A DNA stretch of 41,206 bases from a virus: UHGV virus genome UHGV-0372926. One strand, written 5' to 3'. Position numbers and translations under genes: made by a program. Positions 24,732 through 33,978 of the stretch are shown piece after piece. Every line of letters starts with the position of its first letter. Within the stretch, counting starts at the first letter, position 1. The notes beneath the pieces were generated by a model that made no database searches, was not told the DNA's origin, and saw only the letters and a program-made list of their open reading frames with translations.

Positions 24732-26044
24732 CCAATGCAAGCGGCAGCAATCACGAACACGCCTTGCTGTCTCCGTCCGGGTCAAAGAAATGGCTGGGGT
24801 GCTCTGCATCCCTGCTGTGCGAGAAGGACATCCCGAACGAAAGCGGCCAGGCGGCCATTAACGGGACCGCGATGCACGCGGTATCAGAGGACCTTTTAAA
24901 CCGGCACATTAAAGGCGAGACCGCTGTTACAGCGGCGCATTACAAGGGCGTCTACGTCCTGAATGAGGGCAAAGGCCCTATTAAGGCGGTGGCCGGCAAG
25001 CCGCCCGCCGGCGCGGTACTCATCAACGATGAATTCGTGACCATGGTCGAGCGCTACACCGATTATGCGCTCGGGATCATCTCATCCGCTGAGTACGTTA
25101 AGATCGAGATGCGGGCCGAGCTTACCAAGTTGCTGCATCCGGACTACTGCGGGTCAACGCTGGAAAGTGAGCCTGACAAGCCCGTTAAAACCTTCGGTAC
25201 TGCGGACCTGGTTGCCGTTATCCCGCGCACAGACGGGTCGTTTATGCTACTGGTTGGCGACCTGAAAACCGGGCGCCACGCGGTCGAAGCGAAAGAGAAC
25301 AAACAGCTTATGCTGTACGCGCTGGCTATCCTGTCGAAGCTGCGGCGCCTGTATAACATTACGCTGGTGCGCCTGGCGATATTCCAGCCGTATTGCGGCG
25401 GCCCGTCAGAGTGGGATATTACGCCGGAAGGACTGGACATCTTCCGCAAGTTCGCAAGTAAGCGCGCAATTGAAGCGCTGGACGTTTACTTCGGCGGTAA
25501 GAAAAATCTCAAGGCCAGCCATTTCAAGCCGTCGGCGGACGCGTGCCAGTGGTGCCGGTTCAACGAAAAGTGCAACGCCCGTACTAAGGCCGCGGTCCAA
25601 ACGGGTGGAGCAACGGCCACGGATGACGACCTGGGCGACGACAGCCACGAAATGACGCCGGAAGCGCTGAAAGCGGCCTATGAAAAGCTGCCGGAGTTGC
25701 GCCAGCATATCGCCACCATCGAAAAGGCGATGCACGCGGCGTTATTGTCGGGCGTCGTAGTTCCAGGCTATAAGCTGGTGACAGGCGGCGAGGGTAATCG
25801 TAAATGGTCCGACACCGCGAAGGTTACCGAAATGCTGGAAGGCGCGCGTATCAAACGCGACATGATGTTTAAAGAATCGCTGATCTCGCCTACCGACGCG
25901 GAAAAGGTCTTTAAGGCTGAGAAGCCGCGTATCTGGCGACGTCTTGAAAAGCTGATCGAGCGCGCCCCTGGCAAGCCAACAATTGCGGCAGCGGACGACC
26001 CGCGCGCCGAGTGGAAACAGGCCTCCGATGAGGATTTATCATGA
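24728..26044 (+). CDS. PD-(D/E)XK nuclease, DUF2800 / Cas4-like exonuclease with a C-terminal Cys cluster
   Basis: LSPSGSKKWLGC...MHAV...DLKTGR...ENKQLMLYALA and CQWCRFNEKC. Confidence 0.6.
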   Translation: MTNASGSNHEHALLSPSGSKKWLGCSASLLCEKDIPNESGQAAINGTAMHAVSEDLLNRHIKGETAVTAAHYKGVYVLNEGKGPIKAVAGKPPAGAVLINDEFVTMVERYTDYALGIISSAEYVKIEMRAELTKLLHPDYCGSTLESEPDKPVKTFGTADLVAVIPRTDGSFMLLVGDLKTGRHAVEAKENKQLMLYALAILSKLRRLYNITLVRLAIFQPYCGGPSEWDITPEGLDIFRKFASKRAIEALDVYFGGKKNLKASHFKPSADACQWCRFNEKCNARTKAAVQTGGATATDDDLGDDSHEMTPEALKAAYEKLPELRQHIATIEKAMHAALLSGVVVPGYKLVTGGEGNRKWSDTAKVTEMLEGARIKRDMMFKESLISPTDAEKVFKAEKPRIWRRLEKLIERAPGKPTIAAADDPRAEWKQASDEDLS

Positions 26045-26250
26045 TTGTTAAATTGTTCAAAGCTATTGGCTTGGTCATTGCGTGGGCTTTTCATTGCCTG
26101 GCGGTAAGCCCTATCGTTTTGCTGGCTCTGGTCATCATGCTAATTCAGCCTTTTTTGATTAGCGAGGAACGCCTGGACGCTATCGGCGAATGGGGCTGGC
26201 CTGATAAGTACGAAGCATTTATTTCGAAAATTACCGGCGTTAAAGTTTGA
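26041..26250 (+). CDS. Small membrane protein
   Basis: 69 aa with two hydrophobic helices. Confidence 0.4.
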   Translation: MIVKLFKAIGLVIAWAFHCLAVSPIVLLALVIMLIQPFLISEERLDAIGEWGWPDKYEAFISKITGVKV

Positions 26251-26275
26251 CATCTGCAACCAACTAAATTAACGT
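26247..26275 (+). promoter_or_regulatory. Promoter-like: -35 TTGACA (26247-26252), 17 nt spacer carrying GCAACCAAC (26256-26264), weak -10 TAACGT
   Basis: Upstream of the SSB-like gene. Confidence 0.4.
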
Positions 26276-26328
26276 ATTCATACCGGCCCGGCGGTTTCCG
26301 GGAGAATCGCAAAAAGTGAGAAACGAAA

Positions 26329-27087
26329 ATGGGAATCAAGGTAAATCTGAAAAAAGTTCGCATCGCATGGTTCTACGGCACCGAGAAAGCGAAAGCACAG
26401 AATGATGGCGAAAAGGATGCTTATCGCGTCGAAATTCTGGTTGACAAGGACGATCACAAAAATATTGCCAAGCTGGACGAAGCGGCTTTAGCGGTAATGA
26501 CGGAAGCGCTTAAATCGGAAAAGGCTGCCGAAAAGTGGCTTAAACGTGAAAGCGGCCTCGAAGGCAATATCTCCAAAGATTGTGCCATCAAAGACGGCGA
26601 CGAGCGCGACACGGAAGACGAAAATTACGAGCACAAAATTTGGATCCGTGCCAAGTCATATAAACAACCTCGCATCTTAACTGACCTGGGTGAAGAAACC
26701 CGCGACGGCGAAGAAGACCTCGAAGGGAACGACCTCGAAGGTAAAGTGCCTTACGGCGGCTGCTTCGCCAACGTGTCGATCGAATTGTGGGGCCAGAATA
26801 ACGACAAAGGCAAAGGCCTGCGCTGTAACTGGCTCGGCGTGAAATTCGTCGAAGACGGTGAAGCGTTCGGCAGCGGTGGTTCCAGCGAGCGCGCCAACGA
26901 CGACGACCTGGATGACGACGATGAAGACGACGCGCCACGCCGCGGCAAGTCCAAGCCGAAACCGTCCCGCCGCTCCCGCGATGAGGACGACGATGAGGAA
27001 GAGGAAAAACCTCGCCGTCGCCGCTCCCGCGATGAGGACGACGAAGACGAGGAAGAAGAAGAGCGACCGCGCCGCCGTCGCCGCTAA
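26329..27087 (+). CDS. DUF2815-type single-stranded DNA-binding protein with a repetitive acidic/basic tail
   Basis: The tail has a duplicated PRRRRSRDEDD(E)DEEEE unit. An acidic C-tail is typical of T7 gp2.5-like SSBs. DUF2800 lies next to DUF2815 and then the DNA polymerase. Confidence 0.55.
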   Translation: MGIKVNLKKVRIAWFYGTEKAKAQNDGEKDAYRVEILVDKDDHKNIAKLDEAALAVMTEALKSEKAAEKWLKRESGLEGNISKDCAIKDGDERDTEDENYEHKIWIRAKSYKQPRILTDLGEETRDGEEDLEGNDLEGKVPYGGCFANVSIELWGQNNDKGKGLRCNWLGVKFVEDGEAFGSGGSSERANDDDLDDDDEDDAPRRGKSKPKPSRRSRDEDDDEEEEKPRRRRSRDEDDEDEEEEERPRRRRR

Positions 27088-27092
27088 AATCA

Positions 27093-27118
27093 AGGCCCGC
27101 GAAAGCGGGCTTTTTCAT
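27093..27118 (+). terminator. Intrinsic terminator GCCCGC-gaaa-GCGGGC-TTTTT
   Basis: Immediately after the SSB stop. Confidence 0.6.
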
Positions 27119-27134
27119 ATCCGGAGCGTGAACC

Positions 27135-27323
27135 ATGTATAAACACAACCGAAACCGCCCCCATGAAACCAGGATCCCCGTCGGGCTGCCGTTGGACGTC
27201 GAGGGCGCCGGAGAATACTTAACCCTCCGCCTTGGCCGTAAAATGTACCTGCGAATTGTAGACGTTGACGAACAAGCCCGCCGGCGCAAAGCAGTGACGG
27301 CAACCGACGAGGACCTGGAATGA
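27135..27323 (+). CDS. Hypothetical small protein
   Basis: 62 aa, with a 4-nt overlap onto the polymerase start. Confidence 0.35.
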   Translation: MYKHNRNRPHETRIPVGLPLDVEGAGEYLTLRLGRKMYLRIVDVDEQARRRKAVTATDEDLE

Positions 27324-29506
27324 AGTTCGATCACCTCTTTCTCGACACCGAAACATTCAGTGTCTGCGACCTGAAAAAATGCGGGTCTTATGCCTATGCC
27401 GAACACCCGTCCACCGAAATCATGATAGCCACCTTCGCTATTGACGATGGCCCGGTTATGGAGTGGGATGTGACGGCAGACCCCCGGATGCCGCGGGTAC
27501 TACGCCGGGCGCTGCGTGAGGTATGCAAGCCGAATACTAAGAGCCGCCTGGTCGGACAGAATTTTTTATTGTTTGACCGCCTTCTCATGCGCCACTGTTG
27601 GGGTATAGAGATCCCGGTAAAAAACATCATCGATACGATGATCTGCGCCTACAGGCTATCACTTCCTGGCTCCCTGGATGCGCTATGCCGCGTTCTGGAG
27701 ATATCCGAGGACTTAGCCAAGGATAAAGCCGGTAAAGCGCTGATACAGCGATTCTGTAAGCCTACGCCGAAAAATTACAAGATCCGCCGCTACACCAGCG
27801 AAACGCATCCGGAAGAGTGGCGCCGTTTTCTGAAATATGCCCGCAGCGACATATCGTCAATGCGTGAGGTGTTTTACGCGCTGCCGACGTGGGGCGACAC
27901 CGAGAAGGAAAACGAGATACTCGCCATCGACCAGGCGATCAACGACCGCGGCTTTTACGTCGACATAGCACTGGCTGAGTCCGCCGTCGCCGCGGTTAAG
28001 CAGCACAAGCTGGACCTGCAGCGCGAGGCAATGGCGAAATATGGCGGCAGCCTGACCGGTAAGGACTTCCTCCCGATTCTGCGCGACCTGGCGCCGGCGT
28101 TCGAGATTCCCAACGCGCAGAAGGCGACCCTGGGCGATTTACTCGAGGATGAAGACCTGCCAGACGCGGCCCGCGCGCTAATAGAAATGCGCCTCGGCGC
28201 GGCGTCTACCGCCTCAACCAAGTACGACCCGCTGCTGCGCGGCTTATCCCGCGACGGCCGGCGCCGCGGCTGTTTGCAGTATGGCGGCGCGAAACGGACA
28301 CTGCGCTGGGCGGGTAAAGGCTTCCAGCCGCAGAACCTGGCTCGCGGCCATTATGAAGGCGAAGACCTTGATTATGGGATCCGTTGTCTTAAGCGCAACC
28401 GCATCACGAAGGCTTTCGACATCGCCAAGCTAACGGCGACCACTGTTCGAGGATGCATTATTGCCGCGCCCGGATGCAAGCTGGTTGTTGCCGACTACTC
28501 GAACGTCGAAGGGCGCGGCCTGGCGTGGATATCCGGCGAAGAGGCGACGCTTAACGTTTTCCGGGCCGGTACAGACCTGTATAAGACGCTCGCAGCTACC
28601 GTGTTCTGCGTGTCGTATGACGATGTGTCGAAGGACCAGCGCCAGATCGCCAAGGCCATGATTCTCGGGCTTGGTTACGGCGGCGGCGTGGCGGCATTCC
28701 TGACATTTGCCAAAAACCTCGGGCTCGACCTCGACCGGCTGGCGCACGACCTGGCCGGAACTTTCCCCGACCATATCTGGAAGGCCGCGCGCAGGGGCTG
28801 GGAGTTTGCACGCATCCAGGAGAAAAACAAGCGCGCGCCGAAGGGCAAGAAGGCCGAGCGCCCATCGTATGACCTGCCGAAAAAGGTGTGGCTGACCTGC
28901 GACGCGCTGAAACGCATGTACCGCGAGGCTAACCCGAATATCGTTAACTTCTGGGCCGAGCTGGAAGCGGCAGCATTGAGCGCGATCCGCAATCCGGGTA
29001 AACCTTTCTGGGCGGGCGCCCGGGTACGTGCCGACGGTACCAAGGCCGTTAAGTTCACTCGCACCGTGAAGAATGGAAACCCGGGATGGTGGCTTAAGGT
29101 TGAGCTGCCGTCTGGTCGCATCCTGTCATATCCGGGTATTGGCCTGTCGGTCGAAAAAGAGGAAGACGAGGACACCGGCGAGATCCGCACGCGTACCCGT
29201 ATCAAATACCAGGGGGAGAACCAGACGACGCGCCAGTGGGGATGGCAATATACCTATGGCGGCAAGCTGGCGGAAAACATCGTACAGGCTCTTTGCCGTG
29301 ACCTGCTGGCCTGGTCAATGCCCGGCGTCGAGGTGGCTGGGTATAAGATTATTCTGTCCGTGCATGACGAACTTTTAACCGAAGTTCCCGACACGCCGGA
29401 GTATACCGTTAAGGAGCTGGAGCGCCTTATGTGCGTGCTGCCGGCATGGGCCAAAGACTTCCCTTTGAGCGCCGAAGGCTGGGAAGGAAAGAGGTATAAA
29501 AAATGA
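27320..29506 (+). CDS. Family A DNA polymerase with an N-terminal 3'-5' exonuclease domain
   Basis: Exo I FLDTETFS; motif A VVADYSNVEGRGLA; motif B RQIAKAMILGLGYGGG; motif C LSVHDELL. Confidence 0.85.
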   Translation: MKFDHLFLDTETFSVCDLKKCGSYAYAEHPSTEIMIATFAIDDGPVMEWDVTADPRMPRVLRRALREVCKPNTKSRLVGQNFLLFDRLLMRHCWGIEIPVKNIIDTMICAYRLSLPGSLDALCRVLEISEDLAKDKAGKALIQRFCKPTPKNYKIRRYTSETHPEEWRRFLKYARSDISSMREVFYALPTWGDTEKENEILAIDQAINDRGFYVDIALAESAVAAVKQHKLDLQREAMAKYGGSLTGKDFLPILRDLAPAFEIPNAQKATLGDLLEDEDLPDAARALIEMRLGAASTASTKYDPLLRGLSRDGRRRGCLQYGGAKRTLRWAGKGFQPQNLARGHYEGEDLDYGIRCLKRNRITKAFDIAKLTATTVRGCIIAAPGCKLVVADYSNVEGRGLAWISGEEATLNVFRAGTDLYKTLAATVFCVSYDDVSKDQRQIAKAMILGLGYGGGVAAFLTFAKNLGLDLDRLAHDLAGTFPDHIWKAARRGWEFARIQEKNKRAPKGKKAERPSYDLPKKVWLTCDALKRMYREANPNIVNFWAELEAAALSAIRNPGKPFWAGARVRADGTKAVKFTRTVKNGNPGWWLKVELPSGRILSYPGIGLSVEKEEDEDTGEIRTRTRIKYQGENQTTRQWGWQYTYGGKLAENIVQALCRDLLAWSMPGVEVAGYKIILSVHDELLTEVPDTPEYTVKELERLMCVLPAWAKDFPLSAEGWEGKRYKK

Positions 29507-29901
29507 TGAACGATGTCATGCATTTCGTAAAACGGCAGAAGCTGAAATGGTTCAACGCCACGCCATACCCGGCACAAATAATCGTCTATATCCTCGGAGA
29601 AGACGAGAAACTATTAAAGGCGATCCCAGATCACCCGCCACTTGATGCGGGGGTGAATGGCCGTTGTTGCTGGATTCAAAAGGACGGGTACAACCTTATT
29701 ACGATCGGTGTTAAGCGCGACCTTGGCGATTTTATGGCGGTTGCTGCGCATGAGTGTTACCACGCGATGAATCGCTGTTATGAGTGGTTCGGAGCATATC
29801 ACGATACGGAAAACGATGAGCCAGGAGCCTACTTTCTGGCGCACATCATGCGCGAATTCACGATCCGTTTCGCCGAATTGCTGGAGGAAACAAAGCCGTG
29901 A
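29503..29901 (+). CDS. Small HExxH-motif protein (putative Zn-metallopeptidase-like)
   Basis: 132 aa containing AAHECYHAMNRCYEWFGAYHD. Confidence 0.4.
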   Translation: MMNDVMHFVKRQKLKWFNATPYPAQIIVYILGEDEKLLKAIPDHPPLDAGVNGRCCWIQKDGYNLITIGVKRDLGDFMAVAAHECYHAMNRCYEWFGAYHDTENDEPGAYFLAHIMREFTIRFAELLEETKP

Positions 29902-30188
29902 CGCCAGAGGGAAAAGTACAGGCTTACGCAATGGCCGAGTTTAAAAAACTCGGCGGTCTGGTAAGAAAAATCCGATATGAGGGGCGCAACGGGTGCCCCG
30001 ATCTGCTGGTCATTCTGCCCGGCGGCCTGGTGGTGTTCATCGAAATGAAAAAGGCCGCCAATCTCGGGCCTGATCCGCACCAGGCCCGCGAGCATAAGCG
30101 GATGCGCAGTCGTGGCGCCATAGTTAGGACCATCGGCAGCAAAGAGCAGGTGGACAAATTGGTTGCAGAATTGCGCTATAGTGTTTAG
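29898..30188 (+). CDS. VRR-NUC domain nuclease
   Basis: ...GCPDLLVILPGGLVVFIEMKKAAN... Confidence 0.65.
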   Translation: MTPEGKVQAYAMAEFKKLGGLVRKIRYEGRNGCPDLLVILPGGLVVFIEMKKAANLGPDPHQAREHKRMRSRGAIVRTIGSKEQVDKLVAELRYSV

Positions 30189-30200
30189 TATGTTGGTTGC
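30155..30200 (+). promoter_or_regulatory. Two motif copies (TTGGTTGCA 30155-30163 and GTTGGTTGC 30192-30200) flanking a TATAGT -10 (30176-30181) inside the 3' end of the VRR-NUC gene
   Basis: Immediately upstream of the AGGAGG RBS of the 30216 ORF. Confidence 0.4.
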
Positions 30201-30215
30201 TAAGGAGGATAAACC

Positions 30216-30479
30216 ATGCCTAAACCTAAATTGAGAAAGGCCGGCCGGGAGCTGGTAGAAAAATATGGGTCGCTATCGGCGGCCCCGGATGAAGCGCTTG
30301 CTGCCGTTACCAAGCGTTGCAATGGCCCGTGCCGTAAGCGCAAGCCATTAAGCGAGTTCCACCGTTACAGCGGGCGCAGCGTGGACGGTTTCCGCGCAGT
30401 CTGCAAACAATGCCGCCGGGAAGCCGAACGCGAGCGCCAGCGGATCAAGAGAAACCCGGTACAGGAAGAAACAGAATGA
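30216..30479 (+). CDS. Small Cys-rich basic protein
   Basis: CNGPCRKRK...CKQCRRE. Confidence 0.4.
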   Translation: MPKPKLRKAGRELVEKYGSLSAAPDEALAAVTKRCNGPCRKRKPLSEFHRYSGRSVDGFRAVCKQCRREAERERQRIKRNPVQEETE

Positions 30480-30658
30480 GAGTTTTAGCGGGAGCAATCA
30501 AACGTGGGGACGTGCTACAGGTTGGTGATGTTCTGGAAACTGTTTTCGATGCCTTCCGATCGCTTGATGCACAGAAACAGGAGATCCGCGTTATCCAGTT
30601 CGAGAGCGGGACCGTCATGATCCTGGAATATTCCGACATTGTGGAGGTGCAGAAATGA
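30476..30658 (+). CDS. Hypothetical small protein (MRVLAGAIKRGDVLQVGDVLE...)
   Basis: Internal Met of ORF 30410..30658 with an ATGA overlap. Confidence 0.35.
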   Translation: MRVLAGAIKRGDVLQVGDVLETVFDAFRSLDAQKQEIRVIQFESGTVMILEYSDIVEVQK

Positions 30659-30864
30659 CATCTAAGCCTCATTACCGTCTGCGTCGGTTAATAGACTGCC
30701 CGGATGGGACTCGTTTTTACACAAAGACATCATTCCGGCCATACACTTTGATCACGTCCAGTGTTAAAAAATACGCCATTTGGACACATCTCGGGCATGA
30801 CTTCAACCTGTACGGCGCAAGAAATAAATGGGGCGGTTATGCTATGGGTTGGGTTGCCGTATGA
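30655..30864 (+). CDS. Hypothetical small protein
   Basis: 69 aa. Confidence 0.35.
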   Translation: MTSKPHYRLRRLIDCPDGTRFYTKTSFRPYTLITSSVKKYAIWTHLGHDFNLYGARNKWGGYAMGWVAV

Positions 30865-32282
30865 CCAGATTCAAACGCCGGCCCTATCAAAAGGCGATGA
30901 CGCGGCACATGCTGCGCCATCCGCGCTGTAATATCTGGGCGACAATGGGCTCGGGGAAGACTGGCGCCGTGTTGTGGGTGCTTAATCGCCTTTTCCAGAT
31001 AGGTGAGCTTGTAGATGGTGTAGATCGCGTGCTTATCCTGGCGCCGCTGCGCGTCGCGTCTGGCACATGGCCGGCTGAACAGGTTAAGTGGAAATTCCCT
31101 AACCTCCGCGTAGGAGATGCCACCGGCCCCGCGGCGCACCGCGTTGCCACGCTGGAGGAGGATTTTAACGTTATATGCCTTAACTATGAATGCCTTGAAT
31201 GGTTGACAGGGCTTTATGGCCCGGACGACTGGCCGTTTACTGTTATCGTTCCGGATGAATCAACCAAGCTTAAATCATACCGGTCGAAGAGCGGCGGCAG
31301 TAAACGTGCAAAAGCATTAAGCCGTGTTGCATGGGGTAAAGTTAAACGCTGGATAAATTTAACCGGTACGCCCGCGCCGAATGGCCTTAAGGATCTGTGG
31401 GGGCAAAACTGGTTCGTTGATGCTGGCGAGCGCCTCGGGACGTCTTACGCGGCATTTACCGATCGCTGGTTCATCACCGAGTCAAAAGGCGACCATCACG
31501 CGGCGAAGGGCTGCCGGCCGCGCCGGGGCGCCGATGATGAGATCCACCGGGCGATGAAAGATATTTCGTTGACGGTTGACGCTGCCGAGTTCTTCGGCTG
31601 CGAAGAGCCAGTGCTTGTCCCGGTGCTGGTAGACCTGCCGAAGAAAGCCCGCAAGATTTATGACCAGATGGAAAAGGAGCTTTTCGCGGAGCTGGAAAAC
31701 GGCGAGGTAGAAGCGGCCAATGCGGCAGCACGCACGTCTAAATGTCTGCAGATCGCCAGCGGCGCGGTATACGTCACCAACGAAGACGGCGAGCGCTCCA
31801 CCGAGTGGGAGAAAATCCACGACGCGAAACTGGACGCGCTGGACTCCATCATAGACGAGCTGGCGGGCGCCCCGCTTCTGGTGGCTTACCAGTACAAGCA
31901 CGACCTGGCGCGCATCAAAAAGCGGTTCCCGTTTGCGGAGGACCTGAAAAAAGGTGCTGCCGGTAATAAGCAGATCGATCGCTGGAACGCCGGCAAGATC
32001 GACGTGTTGCTGGTCCACCCGGCATCGGCGGGCCATGGGCTTAACCTGCAGGACGGCGGCTGTCACCTGGCCTTCTTTAGCGACACCTGGAACTATGAAC
32101 ACTACGCGCAGGTCGTCGAGCGTATCGGGCCCGTGCGCCAGCACCAGGCCGGACACCCGCGGCCGGTGTTTATCTATCTCATCCAGGCGAAAGGCACCCT
32201 CGACGAAGTGATGGTGGCGCGTCGCGGTGACAAGGCGTCGGTGCAATCGGTGCTTATGGACTACATGAAAAGGAAGAAGTAA
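30861..32282 (+). CDS. SNF2/DEAD-like superfamily 2 helicase
   Basis: RPYQ (Q motif), GSGKTG, DESTK and C-terminal helicase motifs. Confidence 0.65.
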   Translation: MTRFKRRPYQKAMTRHMLRHPRCNIWATMGSGKTGAVLWVLNRLFQIGELVDGVDRVLILAPLRVASGTWPAEQVKWKFPNLRVGDATGPAAHRVATLEEDFNVICLNYECLEWLTGLYGPDDWPFTVIVPDESTKLKSYRSKSGGSKRAKALSRVAWGKVKRWINLTGTPAPNGLKDLWGQNWFVDAGERLGTSYAAFTDRWFITESKGDHHAAKGCRPRRGADDEIHRAMKDISLTVDAAEFFGCEEPVLVPVLVDLPKKARKIYDQMEKELFAELENGEVEAANAAARTSKCLQIASGAVYVTNEDGERSTEWEKIHDAKLDALDSIIDELAGAPLLVAYQYKHDLARIKKRFPFAEDLKKGAAGNKQIDRWNAGKIDVLLVHPASAGHGLNLQDGGCHLAFFSDTWNYEHYAQVVERIGPVRQHQAGHPRPVFIYLIQAKGTLDEVMVARRGDKASVQSVLMDYMKRKK

Positions 32283-33254
32283 ATGAATTATTATAACGAG
32301 TGGGACCCGCAGGCCGCCGCATGGCTTCGCGAACTTATCGAGAATAAACTTATTCCAGAAGGCGTCGTAGATGAAAGATCAATTACCGAAGTACAAGCCA
32401 AAGACCTCAAAGGCTTTACACAATGCCACTTCTTCGCAGGGATCGGAGGCTGGCCTCTTGCGTTACAGATCGCAGGAATTCCCGCGACTCAACGCCTGTG
32501 GACGGGCAGTCCGCCGTGCCAGCCTTTTAGCGTGGCTGGAGCAGGAAAAGGGAAAGACGACCCACGTCACCTGGCTCCTACCTTTCTCAATCTCATCGCG
32601 GACTGCCGACCTGCACTCCTGTTTGGGGAACAAGTTGCAGCAGCAGTTACCAAAGATTTCTGGGTCGATTCTTTACTCTTTGAGCTGGAGGAAGAAGGCT
32701 ACACCAGCGGGTTTAGCGTACTTCCAGCTTGTGGCGTCGGCGCGCCGCACAAACGCGACAGACTTTTCTTCGGCGCGTACAACGTGGCCGAGTCCTTGCG
32801 CGCAGAACGGTACGGTGAACGGTTACACAGACTGGGAGAAAGTAATCAAACGCAAGGAAGCAGGACGGCAGCAGAACCTACAGGACGTGGTGATTCTTAC
32901 AGGATGGCCTACGCCATCAGTTGCAGACGACAACAACAGCCGAGCGAAAGACCCGCAAGCATATGCGGAGAAGAGATTCAACAGGCCGAATGCGAATTGC
33001 AATCTGGCGACATACGCGCAATATTTGGTGAATCAACCAATCCGCATCACGGCTTCTGGTCAGATGCTGACTGGCTCGGATGCAGGGATGGAAAGTTCAG
33101 GCCAGTTGAACCCGGCACATTCCCGCTGGCTAATGGGATTCCCGCCAGAGTGGGACGCCTGCGCGGTTACGGCAATGCAATCGTCCCGCAAGTCGCCGCC
33201 GAATTCGTCAAAGCATTCATGGCGGCCAAAGCAGAAACCGAAACTAAGGCTTAA
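32283..33254 (+). CDS. DNA (cytosine-5)-methyltransferase; the reading frame is suspect in the middle third (see findings)
   Basis: Motif I FFAGIGGW; motif [14 protein letters not shown]; motif VI LLFGEQV; motif [17 protein letters not shown]; motif [14 protein letters not shown]. However, LMGFPPEWD and GWPTP fall in the +1 frame (32371..33267). Confidence 0.55.
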   Translation: MNYYNEWDPQAAAWLRELIENKLIPEGVVDERSITEVQAKDLKGFTQCHFFAGIGGWPLALQIAGIPATQRLWTGSPPCQPFSVAGAGKGKDDPRHLAPTFLNLIADCRPALLFGEQVAAAVTKDFWVDSLLFELEEEGYTSGFSVLPACGVGAPHKRDRLFFGAYNVAESLRAERYGERLHRLGESNQTQGSRTAAEPTGRGDSYRMAYAISCRRQQQPSERPASICGEEIQQAECELQSGDIRAIFGESTNPHHGFWSDADWLGCRDGKFRPVEPGTFPLANGIPARVGRLRGYGNAIVPQVAAEFVKAFMAAKAETETKA

Positions 33255-33256
33255 AC

Positions 33257-33748
33257 ATGGCGGATAAATCAAACACGGCGCCGGAGGACAAGGACTGCTG
33301 GCGCTCACCTCCGGAGATATTCGAGCCGCTCAACGAGCGGTTTAATTTCCGCTATGACATGGCGGCAGCAGATCACAATGCCCTTTGCGCTCGGTACTAC
33401 ACCGAACAGAATAGCGCCCTGGGTATCGAGTGGCCCGCAGCATGGAAATGGTGTAACCCGCCATACTCGAAGCCGCTGCCGTGGTTCCAGCACGCCGCGC
33501 AGTACCGGAAAACGGTGTTGCTCCTGCACCTGGCCGTCGCTACGCAGTGGATGGACATCGCGCGCCGGGAGGCGAACACCATTATTCAGCTGACCGAGCG
33601 CATCCAGTTTATCCACGCCAGGACCGGCGAGCGCGCGGCGACGAAGAACAACCGCGACTCACAGATCATCATCTTTGGCCGACGGCCTAACCCCAACGGC
33701 GCGCGCATCGTCCAGTGCTCGATCGCGGATATCGCAAAATATTTATAA
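33257..33748 (+). CDS. Phage Dam-like N6-adenine DNA methyltransferase
   Basis: CWRSPPEIF...NPPYS signature. Confidence 0.7.
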   Translation: MADKSNTAPEDKDCWRSPPEIFEPLNERFNFRYDMAAADHNALCARYYTEQNSALGIEWPAAWKWCNPPYSKPLPWFQHAAQYRKTVLLLHLAVATQWMDIARREANTIIQLTERIQFIHARTGERAATKNNRDSQIIIFGRRPNPNGARIVQCSIADIAKYL

Positions 33749-33750
33749 AT

Positions 33751-33784
33751 GTTGGTTGCAATATTAGCGGAGTCATATTATAGT
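33751..33784 (+). promoter_or_regulatory. Sigma70-like promoter: GTTGGTTGC (33751-33759), -35 TTGCAA (33756-33761), 17 nt spacer, -10 TATAGT (33779-33784)
   Basis: Near-identical to the 9139-9167 promoter. It starts 3 nt after the Dam stop and gives a leader of about 190 nt. Confidence 0.55.
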
Positions 33785-33978
33785 TAGTTCATAGGGCGGC
33801 GGCAGGATGCAGCCGGAGAGGAGCAACGCAGGGGCTTGATCGTAGTGTCAGGATTCCCAACCGTGAGGCCGAACATTGGACACTCGCCGCAAGGCAGAAC
33901 GCTTACCAATGACATCGAACCGAGGCTACCGACGAAGCACGACGCCCTACCTAATGACGACTTTCAGGAGCAAACACA

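Noticed and set aside
26588-27406. A 272-aa minus-strand ORF antisense to the SSB-like gene and the polymerase start
   Set aside because: It is extremely Arg-rich and is the antisense image of the acidic GAn/GAC repeats of the SSB tail.
31482-32246. A 254-aa minus-strand ORF antisense to the SNF2 helicase gene
   Set aside because: It has no RBS, is Arg/Val-rich and is fully overlapped by a gene with clear helicase motifs.
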